Below are positions 18,266 to 28,589 of a stretch of 64,000 nucleotides of DNA, in pieces (position 1 is the stretch's first letter; the number at the start of each line of letters is the position of its first letter). The notes beneath the pieces are model-generated. The model had not been told where the DNA came from. It worked only from the letters and a program-made list of their open reading frames with translations, and made no database searches. Origin of the DNA: Clostridia bacterium. GTDB taxonomy: Bacteria > Bacillota > Clostridia > UBA1212 > DUPL01. Both the position numbers and the translations under genes were made by a program. The stretch lies in NCBI GenBank assembly GCA_050951325.1, contig JBMNIW010000006.1, positions 64,001 through 128,000 of the forward strand. The letters run 5' to 3'.

Positions 18266-20113
18266 TCATTTATACCATGTCATGGCTTCTTCCATGTATT
18301 TTATGAAATACCCATTACTTCCGCTGCGCTCTTTTGCAAAGGATGCAAGAGAATCATCACCATACACAGCATTCTTCCAAATATCAAAATTCGTATGGGC
18401 AGTCCATTCCCATTTTCCTCTGTTAAACATATGAAATCTCATTTCAGGAGCTACTGCCTTGTAAATATCATCAAGCTCTTCAATCATAACATTAGGCGGC
18501 AAAAGCTCTGTTGCAAGTTTTATGCAGTAGTCTCTAAACTGCTCCCTGAAATCATCTTCCCTCAAACAGAAATCAAATATCCTTTGTGTAATCAAAGAGT
18601 CCGGATACTTATCCCATTCCACGTAAGGGAAGCCAGAGTGATCTTGGATTTTAATAAAGTTTGCCAGAGTAAACCTGAAGTTCTTGGAATCTGCCCTTGT
18701 GTAAAGCTCAACAGGCGCACTAGGTTCGTATGAAGCCAGAATGTATCTTCCCAAGCCAAGGTCCTGATCCTTGAACATGAACCTCCATCTTCCATCCCTG
18801 ACAGTTCCTTCTTCCTTGTTTGGTCCTGCATACCTCCACACCTTTACATTATTATGAGGCCAGTCGGTATTGCAAATAAACAGGTTGAAGGCATAAAACT
18901 CGATTATGTTCTGTATGTCGAACTGTTCAGTCAACTCCCTGTACGTAATCCATCGGTTACTAATATCAAACCCAATGTTGGTAAAATCTCTAACCTGATC
19001 CCCAGGGCCGCTGTCCTGCACGTAGTAGAACCACAATCCATCATACCTTCCTCCCCTGGTAACATCCAGCTCGGAAGAGATTATTGCAATATTCTCCACA
19101 TCTTCAATATCATAAATATTCTTGATATAATCCTCGTCCTGTCTCTCCCTTATGTTCAGAATACCATAATATCCCCCATTCAGGTAGACAACACAAGGCC
19201 TGTAAGACATGGTGTCCACATTTGGAGTAGCAACCTGAGACATCCTGGCTGCCCAGCCATCCCTAAGATGTGTAGCCCTGTCTCCCTCCACACCTGAAAT
19301 CAGCGAATCATTTCCACCATTACGCAGTATAAAGCTGTTGTAAACAGTAAGAACTTCTCCATTTGCCTTCTTCCTGCCGGGGAATATTTCATAGCTGAAC
19401 TCCCTGGCACCATCATATTTGTCAGTGTTGAAATATCCGGTTTCTCTAGCAGATATTCTCAAGGATTTCTGAGGCAGACCCCTTGAGCTTCCACCAAACA
19501 GTCTAATGCCCGCATCCTGGGAAAATCCCAAGGTTCCGTCATTTTCAAAGAACTGAATATGAACCGGTCTTTCCCATTCCCTGCCTTTGTTCTGCCAGTT
19601 AACAAATATTCCATTCCTGTTGTTATGAAGATGTTTATCTTCAGTTACCAGTGAAATTACCGGCATGGTGTATCTTGATTCCTTGTCAGACGTTTTTATG
19701 TATGTAGCGGTGGATATCTTGCCCACCATCTCGCCCTTAATGTTAAAGACAGCCGCTCTGACAACAGTCACAAAGTCACCATTCGATTCGGTGTAAAGTT
19801 TTCCTGGAATTCTGACACCTTTTGTCGAGTCGTACAGAATCCCCCTCTCCATCGTAGGCTCGCTGCCGTCCATTGTGTAGTATATGCTATGGCCTTTGAC
19901 TGCATACATGTCGGGGAAATAGATCTTTAGTGTAAAGTCCCTTTCGTAAAATCCTCCCACATCTGAAAAAACAGGTCGCTGCAAATCAAAGGTCTCAGGA
20001 TAGTTGCCTGTACCATTGTTCTCTTTTGGTATCTCCTTTATATCCTTGCACGCTACCAAGAGTGCAATCAACAATACGATAACGGCAATAAGTACTATCT
20101 TTGTCCTTGACAA
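18266..20113 (-). CDS. CotH-kinase family lipoprotein with N-terminal Fn3/chitobiase-like domain
   Basis: Lipobox LVAC; YYTMDGSEP; GREWERP, GIRLFGGSSR..PQKS, LRNGGND, YLNGGYYG, NTDWPHNN, WRFMFKDQD. Confidence 0.85.
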   Translation of the reverse strand: MSRTKIVLIAVIVLLIALLVACKDIKEIPKENNGTGNYPETFDLQRPVFSDVGGFYERDFTLKIYFPDMYAVKGHSIYYTMDGSEPTMERGILYDSTKGVRIPGKLYTESNGDFVTVVRAAVFNIKGEMVGKISTATYIKTSDKESRYTMPVISLVTEDKHLHNNRNGIFVNWQNKGREWERPVHIQFFENDGTLGFSQDAGIRLFGGSSRGLPQKSLRISARETGYFNTDKYDGAREFSYEIFPGRKKANGEVLTVYNSFILRNGGNDSLISGVEGDRATHLRDGWAARMSQVATPNVDTMSYRPCVVYLNGGYYGILNIRERQDEDYIKNIYDIEDVENIAIISSELDVTRGGRYDGLWFYYVQDSGPGDQVRDFTNIGFDISNRWITYRELTEQFDIQNIIEFYAFNLFICNTDWPHNNVKVWRYAGPNKEEGTVRDGRWRFMFKDQDLGLGRYILASYEPSAPVELYTRADSKNFRFTLANFIKIQDHSGFPYVEWDKYPDSLITQRIFDFCLREDDFREQFRDYCIKLATELLPPNVMIEELDDIYKAVAPEMRFHMFNRGKWEWTAHTNFDIWKNAVYGDDSLASFAKERSGSNGYFIKYMEEAMTWYK

Positions 20114-22653
20114 ACCAGATCTTCCTCCTCAAACAATTGAATTTCGCCAAACAATCCGGACATTAGCATTTTTCTGTCCGAATCTATGCGCTGCGGAATG
20201 TCAAACATTTTTTCCATGTCTTTTGTTCCAATATATCTATTTACAACAGTGTTTTGTACATAAACGTATAGAATATGCCTGCCTTCCTCCACCACTCCCA
20301 AATCAACCTTGAAAGGAGCAAAGGAAATCTTTTCCCCTTCCTGAAGAGGATTAACTCTTTTATCAAGGGAACAGACAAGGCAATGTCCTACCTTTCCAAA
20401 ATCAACAAAAGCCCTTTTGCCCTTCCATTCAAACTCAATCTCATATTCGACAAAGCCTGATTGTCCGGGATAACCCAAATCCGCCCACGAGGGCAGTTTT
20501 CTCGAATCCGTAATGTATCTTGTGCCATTCGGCAAGTTTATTGTAACACATTTTATTGAATCTTTGACAACTTTCAGTTTTAATTTTTTCTCTGCATCCA
20601 GTTTTGCATTGGAAACAATATAGCACTTGAGCTCCCCAGGCTCAAAAACACTCCTCACCACCCGTTTGGATTCTGAGAAGATACTGTCTTCCACATACAT
20701 CTTGCCTGTATTCATATCTATGGAATAAACCTTTACATCATCACCCGTTACTCTGAAAGATAACTCACAATCACACTTTCTTGCAGACTCGTTAAGAAAG
20801 AGATAAACAAGTCTATCTTTGTCTCTTCTCACACACATGGACACTTGCTTGTTATCGCTCTTTAAAGATACGGTAGGCCGTACATACTCATCAAGAAGAA
20901 AATAATCCGAACAGAGAATAAATTCATTTGCATACCTCTGCAAAATTGATATTACATTCCCACCACTTTTCACAAACCTTTTAAGTCTTACCATGACTTT
21001 ATCATCAATTGTGGCACCAGGAGGAATTATTATTGTACGAATAACCTGACCTTTAGCTGTGACAAATCCCTCATCTATTTTCAGCTCACATATAGCTTCA
21101 TCCCATATATAATCAAAGTCGCAGGGCATGTATGCTAGTATCCTTGCTATCCTGTCAACCTCATCATATGGAAGAATTGAATTCATATTGTGTGCATCAT
21201 TGTCCCTTATCAAATGTGCATATATGTCCCTCATCGGAATGTATACTGCAAGGTCGGATGCAGGCGTACCCGCATTTGCCAGCCCGATTGCCCTTTTTAC
21301 ATGCTCATTTACATTTCTTCCATGCAAATCATTAATGTAATTGCCAGGCTTGAACAAGTCATACGTATCTTCTTCATAATCAATACTTGATATCATATTA
21401 AAGAATGTATCAATTCCTCGAATCACCTGATGCTCCATAAGGTATCTCATCCTGTCTGGGGAATGAGCTATTCCCATTATCGCAAAAGTTTCACTCATGG
21501 CAGAGTTTTTGCCATAAAGGCGTTTGCAGGACCCAGCAAACCTTGGAAAATCATAAAATGTGTCAATATCAATATTGCTGCCTATCACATCAATACCAGG
21601 AGAATCATTGTAATAACTGTTTTTAAAGAAATGACCACTTACCGACGCAAGAGTTTTTGTATGATTATCCATGTCCTGATGTCCTACCGACAAGACTCCT
21701 CTTTTATGGCAGTACTTCTGTATCTCACCATAGAAGTTTTCTGCTACCAGATCGGTCCATACGTCAAAGTAATCAAATACCAGGTTTTTAATAATCAAAT
21801 CTGCCTCATGGTAACCGGGATGATAGAAATTTCCAGCATATGCCATAAGAATAGGAAGATTGTCCCTTAAGTCATATCCTTTTCTTTTAATAAACTCGTT
21901 CTCAAAACCTTGCGTCCATGGAAAATCAAAGCAAACCTCAGGCTCATCATAGAAAAACCCTTTTATTACCGTACCGAAATAATCCTTCAATTCATCATAA
22001 AATTTTTCATGTACGACCTTAATAAATCTACTTGCCGCTTCCTTGTTCATTAAATCAGGAGTACCCAAACTGAAATTTAAAGGATCATTCGTTATAGGAA
22101 CATGGGAAATAAATGATACGTACTCCCAGGTTACCAATATGACTCTTTCATACCCCTTGCTTGTGTACTTAACAATATCACCTGTTGAATTTTCTTCTGC
22201 AATATCGTTACAACGGCCTGCAGGCGCATAAAAACCATAACGGTTCACTGGAATACTCTTCAATGAAACCGTCCTGTCAGGTATCTCAATACTAATTGTC
22301 TCGCCAGGTTCCAGAAATCTATCGTAAGATACGTGAAGTTTCTTGGCTCTTAACTCCTTGTTCTCACAGACAAGACCTGCCGCCACGCAGCTAGGATATC
22401 CCCATTCATCAAAAATCCAAACTTCCAAGTCAAGTTTTTTGGCTTCCTCCACCAATACTCTAGCAGAGGCCAACAGTTTATCGTACCAGTAATCAGGCAA
22501 AACGGGGGAGTCAACAGGATTTGAAAAGATTAAAGCAAATCCTCCAAAACCTCTATCCTTACACCAGCCAACCCATTTTCTCATGTCGCCTTCGCTTTTA
22601 TTAAAGTCTACATTGAGGTTAATCAATGGACCTGAAAATTCGGTGCGAACCAT
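20095..22653 (-). CDS. glycoside hydrolase, GH106 (alpha-L-rhamnosidase-like)
   Basis: WIFDEWGYPS, GFFYDEP, PGID, AMSETF motifs; C-terminal sugar-binding-like domain ending SGLFG. Confidence 0.7.
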   Translation of the reverse strand: MVRTEFSGPLINLNVDFNKSEGDMRKWVGWCKDRGFGGFALIFSNPVDSPVLPDYWYDKLLASARVLVEEAKKLDLEVWIFDEWGYPSCVAAGLVCENKELRAKKLHVSYDRFLEPGETISIEIPDRTVSLKSIPVNRYGFYAPAGRCNDIAEENSTGDIVKYTSKGYERVILVTWEYVSFISHVPITNDPLNFSLGTPDLMNKEAASRFIKVVHEKFYDELKDYFGTVIKGFFYDEPEVCFDFPWTQGFENEFIKRKGYDLRDNLPILMAYAGNFYHPGYHEADLIIKNLVFDYFDVWTDLVAENFYGEIQKYCHKRGVLSVGHQDMDNHTKTLASVSGHFFKNSYYNDSPGIDVIGSNIDIDTFYDFPRFAGSCKRLYGKNSAMSETFAIMGIAHSPDRMRYLMEHQVIRGIDTFFNMISSIDYEEDTYDLFKPGNYINDLHGRNVNEHVKRAIGLANAGTPASDLAVYIPMRDIYAHLIRDNDAHNMNSILPYDEVDRIARILAYMPCDFDYIWDEAICELKIDEGFVTAKGQVIRTIIIPPGATIDDKVMVRLKRFVKSGGNVISILQRYANEFILCSDYFLLDEYVRPTVSLKSDNKQVSMCVRRDKDRLVYLFLNESARKCDCELSFRVTGDDVKVYSIDMNTGKMYVEDSIFSESKRVVRSVFEPGELKCYIVSNAKLDAEKKLKLKVVKDSIKCVTINLPNGTRYITDSRKLPSWADLGYPGQSGFVEYEIEFEWKGKRAFVDFGKVGHCLVCSLDKRVNPLQEGEKISFAPFKVDLGVVEEGRHILYVYVQNTVVNRYIGTKDMEKMFDIPQRIDSDRKMLMSGLFGEIQLFEEEDLVCQGQR

Positions 22654-22741
22654 CCTTTATCCCCCGCATGCTTTTCTAAAACTAATGATAACACAACGAA
22701 AAATGTACGTCAATTTAACAAATTGTTACGATAGCATAAAC

Positions 22742-24091
22742 TTACGTTCCCAATCTGCTTTCAATCAATGCCGCTAATAGCTCAGCCTTGTGTTTAATGT
22801 ACGCCGTGTTCTCTCCTTCAATCATAACCCTTACAAGAGGCTCTGTGCCTGAGGGTCTTATCAATACCCTTCCGTTCTCACCAAATTCATCCTCAAGACT
22901 TCTGCACATTGCTGCAATGTCATCATCTTCCATAAACTTGTGTTTCAAGCTGTCTCTGACTTTTGCATTAACAACTACTTGTGGGAAACGTGTAAAGACC
23001 GAGGCCAAATCGGAAAGCCTGCAGCCTTCATTTTTTAACACCCTTACAAGCTGCACAGCAGTTATGAGTCCGTCCCCTGTAGTGTTGTGCTGTAGCATAA
23101 TGACATGTCCTGACTGCTCTCCACCAATTATGCAACCTGATCTAAGCATTTCTTCAAGAACATATCTGTCGCCTACCTGGGTCTTTACGACATTAATACC
23201 GTGCTTCTTGGCAAAAACATCTACTCCCATGTTGCTCATTACGGTAACTACAATGGTATTGTTTACAAGAAGACCTTTCTTTTTCAAATCCAAAGACAGG
23301 ATAGTTATAATGGCGTCTCCGTCCACAACCTCTCCATTTTCATCAACGCAAATAAGTCTGTCCGCATCACCATCGAATGCCAGGCCTAAATCCGCACCTG
23401 TTTCCCTTACTTTTTGACTAATATATTTTGTATTACCTGAACCGCACTTCTTATTTATATTTAAGCCATCCGGATTGTCGTTCATTACAATAATCTCGGC
23501 ACCCAGACGTCTAAACAATTCTGGAGCTACCTTGCAGCTTGCTCCGTTGGCACAATCCAATACAATCTTCAAACCTGAAAAGTCCACATCCACTGTGCTT
23601 TCCACATACTTTATATAATCCTCCCCCGCAGTATTCAATACTTTCCTACGGCCTACATTCTCAGCAAACGGGAAGTCTGTGCCAGAGTCGTCATGAACCA
23701 GCTTCTCAATCATGTCTTCAGTTTCATCCAGAAGCTTGTGCCCTTGATCACTAAAAAACTTAATACCGTTAAACTCAAAACTGTTGTGGGAAGCAGAAAT
23801 CATGATTCCAGCGTCCGCCTCATACAGCCTTGTCAAATATGCCACTGCAGGAGTTGGAACTACTCCAAGACAAATAGCTGATGCGCCCGTAGAGCATATT
23901 CCGCTTACAAGGGCGCATTCAAGCATGTCGCAGGAAATTCTCGTATCACATGCAACTACAATATTTGGTCTTCTAAAAGTACTTTGAGCAAGCACTATCG
24001 CACCTGCTCTACCCAACTTGTACGCCAAAAGGGGGGTAAGGTCCCTGTTGGCAACGCCTCTTACACCATCAGTACCGAACAATCTCGCCAT
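22742..24091 (-). CDS. glmM: phosphoglucosamine mutase
   Basis: FGTDGVRG, ISASHN, DGDADR, GGEQSGH, RPSGTEPLVRVM. Confidence 0.96.
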   Translation of the reverse strand: MARLFGTDGVRGVANRDLTPLLAYKLGRAGAIVLAQSTFRRPNIVVACDTRISCDMLECALVSGICSTGASAICLGVVPTPAVAYLTRLYEADAGIMISASHNSFEFNGIKFFSDQGHKLLDETEDMIEKLVHDDSGTDFPFAENVGRRKVLNTAGEDYIKYVESTVDVDFSGLKIVLDCANGASCKVAPELFRRLGAEIIVMNDNPDGLNINKKCGSGNTKYISQKVRETGADLGLAFDGDADRLICVDENGEVVDGDAIITILSLDLKKKGLLVNNTIVVTVMSNMGVDVFAKKHGINVVKTQVGDRYVLEEMLRSGCIIGGEQSGHVIMLQHNTTGDGLITAVQLVRVLKNEGCRLSDLASVFTRFPQVVVNAKVRDSLKHKFMEDDDIAAMCRSLEDEFGENGRVLIRPSGTEPLVRVMIEGENTAYIKHKAELLAALIESRLGT

Positions 24092-24115
24092 GCACGATCA
24101 CCTGCATCCCCTCTG

Positions 24116-24847
24116 TTACTTTTTCAAATAGGTCGCGGCATCCTCGTCCACAATAACTGTAACGTCACTGTGTTTCTGAAGCGCCGATGCAGGCATTTTG
24201 GGGTCGACAGGACCGTGAATTGCTTCATATACTGCCTTTGCCTTGTTCTTGCCCGACACAATCATTAATATTTTCTTTGCACGCAGGATGGAACCAATGC
24301 CCATTGTAACCGCTCTTTTTGGAACTTCATCAATTGAATTGAAGAATCTGGAATTATCCTTTATTGTCGATTCTGTAAGATCCACAGTATGAGTTATATC
24401 GCTGAATTCGTCTGCCGGTTCGTTAAATCCAATATGACCATTGGAACCTATTCCCAAAAGCTGAAGATCAATGCCTCCAGCCCTTTCTATCATCGCTTCA
24501 TATTCCTGGCAGTATGCATCATAATCCGTCTCTGTACCGCTGGGGATGTGGGCGTTTGTGTTTACTATATTGATGTGATTAAACAGATTTTCATACATGA
24601 AATATGCAAAACTCTGATCGTGGTTTTTGTCAAGTCCAATATATTCATCCAAGTTAAATGTTACAACATCACTAAAATCTATTTCCTTGTTTGTATTCAT
24701 TTTTATTAGATTTTTGTACGTTCCAACAGGTGTGCTTCCTGTGGCAAGACCCAAAACAAAATTCTTCTTCTTTTTCATCTCTTCGGCAATAAATTCCGCC
24801 GCCTTTATGCTCATTTCATCATAATCCTTGCACACAATTACTTTCAT
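24116..24847 (-). CDS. nagB: glucosamine-6-phosphate deaminase
   Basis: GLATGSTP, FNLDEY, GIGSNGHIGFNEP; start moved to MKVIVC. Confidence 0.96.
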   Translation of the reverse strand: MKVIVCKDYDEMSIKAAEFIAEEMKKKKNFVLGLATGSTPVGTYKNLIKMNTNKEIDFSDVVTFNLDEYIGLDKNHDQSFAYFMYENLFNHINIVNTNAHIPSGTETDYDAYCQEYEAMIERAGGIDLQLLGIGSNGHIGFNEPADEFSDITHTVDLTESTIKDNSRFFNSIDEVPKRAVTMGIGSILRAKKILMIVSGKNKAKAVYEAIHGPVDPKMPASALQKHSDVTVIVDEDAATYLKK

Positions 24848-24934
24848 AAAAACATCCCTTTCTTTTAAAAATCTACCCATATATATTATCACAATTGTGC
24901 AATACCATCAATAATTGAGAAAACGCCGGCCCTT

Positions 24935-25813
24935 TCAGCCGGCGTTCTCTTCATTTGCTTGTTGAAGCAGTTCATAAATTTTCTTGTTCAACGGGTACTC
25001 CATATCCACGTATACCCTCTTTCTTTCTTGTGTTTCCTTGTCTTCCCGGACACAGATTATTAGCGTCCCCTCTGGTGAATACTGAAAATACACAATATTT
25101 TTATCAGTTTCGAATCCGAATACAGGCAAAAGATTGGTTTCAGGTGGAATGTCATAATCTCCAAGCAATCTCCAAAATTCATTTTGAGGCAGCTGGCATA
25201 ATTTGACCAGTTCCTCATCCGAATTAAGAATGGCATCCCTTCTTTCCCTGAATTCCTTTTCCTCCTGGATAACCTTCTGGATAGCTTCCCTTACTTCTTC
25301 AAGATTTAAAGGAGCATTGATTTCCCGGACAAAGAATCTGTCCTCATGCATGTTCCCGGCTTCATCAAAGTTGTCAATATCGACCAGTTTGTAAAGCTTT
25401 CCATCCTTGAACAGAAGCAAAAGTTCATCATCAGGAAACACCCAAACATCTTCAATTTCACAAACAGGTTTTCCAACCAGTGCTCGCACTTCCTCCTTTG
25501 TCAATTCATCATGGATAACCGGCTCATACTTTCTTTCAACACAGTCATCAAAATTGCAGCTTAACTTTGCATACATTAAAAGGCGGTAATTGCTTTCACC
25601 ACTCTTCTCAAGTTTACAATCAGCAAGCAATTCATCAAGCCACTTCTTCAAATCTTCTTCAGACATCTCTTCGTTCTTTTGTGGTTCTTCCGTCTCCACG
25701 ACCTGCATTGACATGAAGGGCAGACTCTTGCCATTTATGAAGCAAGCAACAAGTGCGGCACCTGTTATCAGCGCAAAAGTAATCAGTAAAACCTTTTTCA
25801 TGTCAATCATCAC
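24935..25813 (-). CDS. hypothetical secreted/lipoprotein
   Basis: Signal peptide with LVAC; acidic; LTKEEVRALVGKP is weakly SmpA/BLIP-like. Confidence 0.7.
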   Translation of the reverse strand: MMIDMKKVLLITFALITGAALVACFINGKSLPFMSMQVVETEEPQKNEEMSEEDLKKWLDELLADCKLEKSGESNYRLLMYAKLSCNFDDCVERKYEPVIHDELTKEEVRALVGKPVCEIEDVWVFPDDELLLLFKDGKLYKLVDIDNFDEAGNMHEDRFFVREINAPLNLEEVREAIQKVIQEEKEFRERRDAILNSDEELVKLCQLPQNEFWRLLGDYDIPPETNLLPVFGFETDKNIVYFQYSPEGTLIICVREDKETQERKRVYVDMEYPLNKKIYELLQQANEENAG

Positions 25814-25925
25814 CCTTTCTATAATTGTAAAAGTGCTTTTTCGTCCATATTTGCAATATAATTATACTCCTTTTTACGAAAAATGCCAACAAGAAAAGCT
25901 GGCAAATACCGGCACTTTCATAAAA

Positions 25926-26786
25926 TTATTTATATCCCTTCACAACAATTTCATCAACCAGTGATGCGCAGTAGTGGTTGAAAAACAGGAAGGATCCCTC
26001 CTCCTGCAGCATGTTTTCTTCCCTCCAAATCTCATTACCATCATGGTCATGAATGACCAGTTCCTCACCTTCAAATGTGACTTTTAGAATAAGGTAATAG
26101 TCCTCTTCCGCAGTGTTCATGTAATATGCAATAACATCACCACAATCGACTACCGTAACGGTATGATTCTCTGTAAAATCCTCAGGCAGATCAATGGTAA
26201 AATACTTCAGATTCCACTGCTCCCCATGATACACTCCTCCACCTCCAGGATAGACATGGGCTTTTGCATCCTTGTTAAAAGCAACCCAGAAGTATCCTAT
26301 CTTGTCTGCAATAGTGACGTTACCTTCCGGTCCCCGACATCCAACAAACAGCGAAGACCATGGACTTGTGCCAGAAGAAGCAGAGAATGTAACCGACATT
26401 TGATACTGGCTGTGCTCAACACCCAGCTGATAATCCACTATCGGGCTGTAGGCCGACCAATGCTCTGTAATTATCAGCTTGCCATCTTCAACGGCCATAT
26501 AACTTCCTTGCAGAGTGAGGTAGTTGCCAAAATCCTCCTCGTCAAAAGTGTCCTTGAAAAGCTCCTCCGCATCTTCCTGAGGAAATCCCTTCTTGTCTTC
26601 AGGAATGGGCTCCACCGTTGGTTTTGGTGTTGGGGTTGGAGTCGGTTCTGGTGTAGGCGCTTTGGTTGCAACTTCAGTAGGCTCGGGTGTTTCCTTCGGT
26701 CCTGTATCCTCTTTGTCACATGCTGTAAAAACCAAAGCAGCAACCACCAATAGTGATAAAAGAAAAAGATATAGTTTTCGTTTCAT
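25926..26786 (-). CDS. acidic lipoprotein, PT linker plus beta-sandwich (lectin-like) domain, paralog A
   Basis: Lipobox FTAC; TPEPTPTPTP linker; clearly homologous to the upstream neighbour. Confidence 0.82.
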   Translation of the reverse strand: MKRKLYLFLLSLLVVAALVFTACDKEDTGPKETPEPTEVATKAPTPEPTPTPTPKPTVEPIPEDKKGFPQEDAEELFKDTFDEEDFGNYLTLQGSYMAVEDGKLIITEHWSAYSPIVDYQLGVEHSQYQMSVTFSASSGTSPWSSLFVGCRGPEGNVTIADKIGYFWVAFNKDAKAHVYPGGGGVYHGEQWNLKYFTIDLPEDFTENHTVTVVDCGDVIAYYMNTAEEDYYLILKVTFEGEELVIHDHDGNEIWREENMLQEEGSFLFFNHYCASLVDEIVVKGYK

Positions 26787-26821
26787 TAAAGACCTCCGTT
26801 CATCAGATGCAAGAATACCAA

Positions 26822-27685
26822 TTACTTCAAGCCTTTAATAACTATCTCGTCTACCGAAGAGTTGCAGTAATGGTTGAAGAACATAAACATCCCGGTATCG
26901 GCAATCATGTTCGTCTCTCGCCATATCTCACTGCCATCATTGCCAAAAATGACAATTTCATCACCCTCGAAGGTAGCCTTTAGTATCAGATAGTAGTCCT
27001 CTTCTTCAGTGTTCATGTAGTAGGCAATAACATCTCCGCAATCAACCACCGTAACCGTGTGATCCTCTGTAAAATCTTCAGGAAGTTCGATTTCGAAATA
27101 TCTAAGATTCCAGGCATCTCCTTCATACTGGCCGCCTCCCCCTGGATAAACAAATGCCTTGTTAGTAAAGTTGAATGCAACCCAGAAATAACCGTTGCTG
27201 GTTGCAATGGGTGTGGTAGCATCACCACGGCACCCAATAAACAAAGATGCCCAGGGATTTGAATCCCCTCCTTCTTCCGCCTTGAATTTAACCGACATCT
27301 CATATTGGCTGTGGTCAACTCCCAAGTCATATGTAACATCTGGTATGTAAGCGGACCAGTTTTCAGGTATGAGAAGCCTTCCATCTTCAACAATCATGAA
27401 CTCACCTTGTTTTAACAGATACTGTTCCAAGTTGTCCTCATCAAAAGTATCCTTGAATAATACTTCTGCGTCTTCCTGTGGCACGCCTTTTTTCTCTTCG
27501 GAAATAGGTTCCACCGTAGGTTTGGGTGTAGGGGTTGGAGTTGGTTCCGGTGTTGGCGCCTTGGTTGCAGTATCGGTAGGTTCCGGTGTTTCTTTCGGAC
27601 TCTTGTCTTTTACGTCGCATGCTGTAAAAACAAGAGCCATTACCAACAAAAGCGTTAAAAGAAAAGCAAATAATTTTCGATTCAT
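26822..27685 (-). CDS. acidic lipoprotein, PT linker plus beta-sandwich domain, paralog B
   Basis: Start moved to MNRKLF (GGAGG RBS); shares GYFWVAFN, TVTVVDCGDVIAYYMNT, FFNHYC with paralog A. Confidence 0.82.
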   Translation of the reverse strand: MNRKLFAFLLTLLLVMALVFTACDVKDKSPKETPEPTDTATKAPTPEPTPTPTPKPTVEPISEEKKGVPQEDAEVLFKDTFDEDNLEQYLLKQGEFMIVEDGRLLIPENWSAYIPDVTYDLGVDHSQYEMSVKFKAEEGGDSNPWASLFIGCRGDATTPIATSNGYFWVAFNFTNKAFVYPGGGGQYEGDAWNLRYFEIELPEDFTEDHTVTVVDCGDVIAYYMNTEEEDYYLILKATFEGDEIVIFGNDGSEIWRETNMIADTGMFMFFNHYCNSSVDEIVIKGLK

Positions 27686-27802
27686 AACTCGACCTCCGTT
27701 TATTCTATATGTGTAAATTATATCTATTTCATGAATAAATTGCAACCACATAATTAAACAACAATATATTTCCATATCATCCAATGCATTAATTTCTATT
27801 AG

Positions 27803-28588
27803 ATGATAAATACTAACAAAAAAGAAAAAGAGGTGTTGTCATTGTCCAGGAAAACACTGAAACTACTGAACCTTTTATTCGTTTTGTCGTTTACAATAGG
27901 TTTTTTGGGAACAATAATATATTTTAAAAAAGAAGGCAAAGATATTGCAAACTATGAAACTGTCTTCGACCATGCAAAAAACGAAGAAGATATTGATGTC
28001 CTATCAAGAAGAGGTTCAAGAGGACAGGAAGTCATATCTATACAGAGAAAACTTAAGAGATGGGGATATTACAAAGGAAACGTAGATGGAATTTACGGAC
28101 CCCAGACTGAAAGCGCCGTCCGATATTTTCAAAGAAAGAACGGCTTGAGAGTAGACGGTATCGCAGGACCACAAACCTTGCGTGCCATGGGAATATTCTC
28201 TTCAGCTTCTTCAAATCAAGGTTCATACCAGCAGAATGTAGAGCTTCTGGCAAGAGCAATTTACGGAGAAGCACGAGGCGAACCTTATACAGGCAAAGTT
28301 GCCGTTGCTGCAGTTATCATCAACAGAACCAAAGACAGCCGCTTCCCCAAAACAATAGCAGGCGTCATTTACCAGCCTGGTGCCTTTGACGCTGTAGCAG
28401 ACGGACAGATAAACCTGCAGCCGGATCAAAGCTCATACAATGCAGCAAGAGATGCCTTGAACGGCTGGGACCCCACCTACGGTTGCCTTTACTACTACAA
28501 TCCTCAAACAGCAACCAACAAGTGGATAAGATCACTTCCAATTGTTGTTACCATTGGAAAACACGTTTTCTGCAAGAGCAACACTTAA
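27803..28588 (+). CDS. sleB: spore cortex-lytic enzyme
   Basis: PG-binding domain (DGIYGPQT...FQRKNGLRVDGIAGPQT) plus Hydrolase_2 (LARAIYGEARGEPY, YQPGAF, YYYNP, IGKHVF); real start probably a TTG near 27836-27842. Confidence 0.93.
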   Translation: MINTNKKEKEVLSLSRKTLKLLNLLFVLSFTIGFLGTIIYFKKEGKDIANYETVFDHAKNEEDIDVLSRRGSRGQEVISIQRKLKRWGYYKGNVDGIYGPQTESAVRYFQRKNGLRVDGIAGPQTLRAMGIFSSASSNQGSYQQNVELLARAIYGEARGEPYTGKVAVAAVIINRTKDSRFPKTIAGVIYQPGAFDAVADGQINLQPDQSSYNAARDALNGWDPTYGCLYYYNPQTATNKWIRSLPIVVTIGKHVFCKSNT

Positions 28589-28589
28589 A

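Noticed and set aside
27785-27815. SigG-like promoter for sleB (GCATT...AATACTA)
   Set aside because: Plausible from sleB biology but too degenerate in AT-rich DNA to call from sequence alone.
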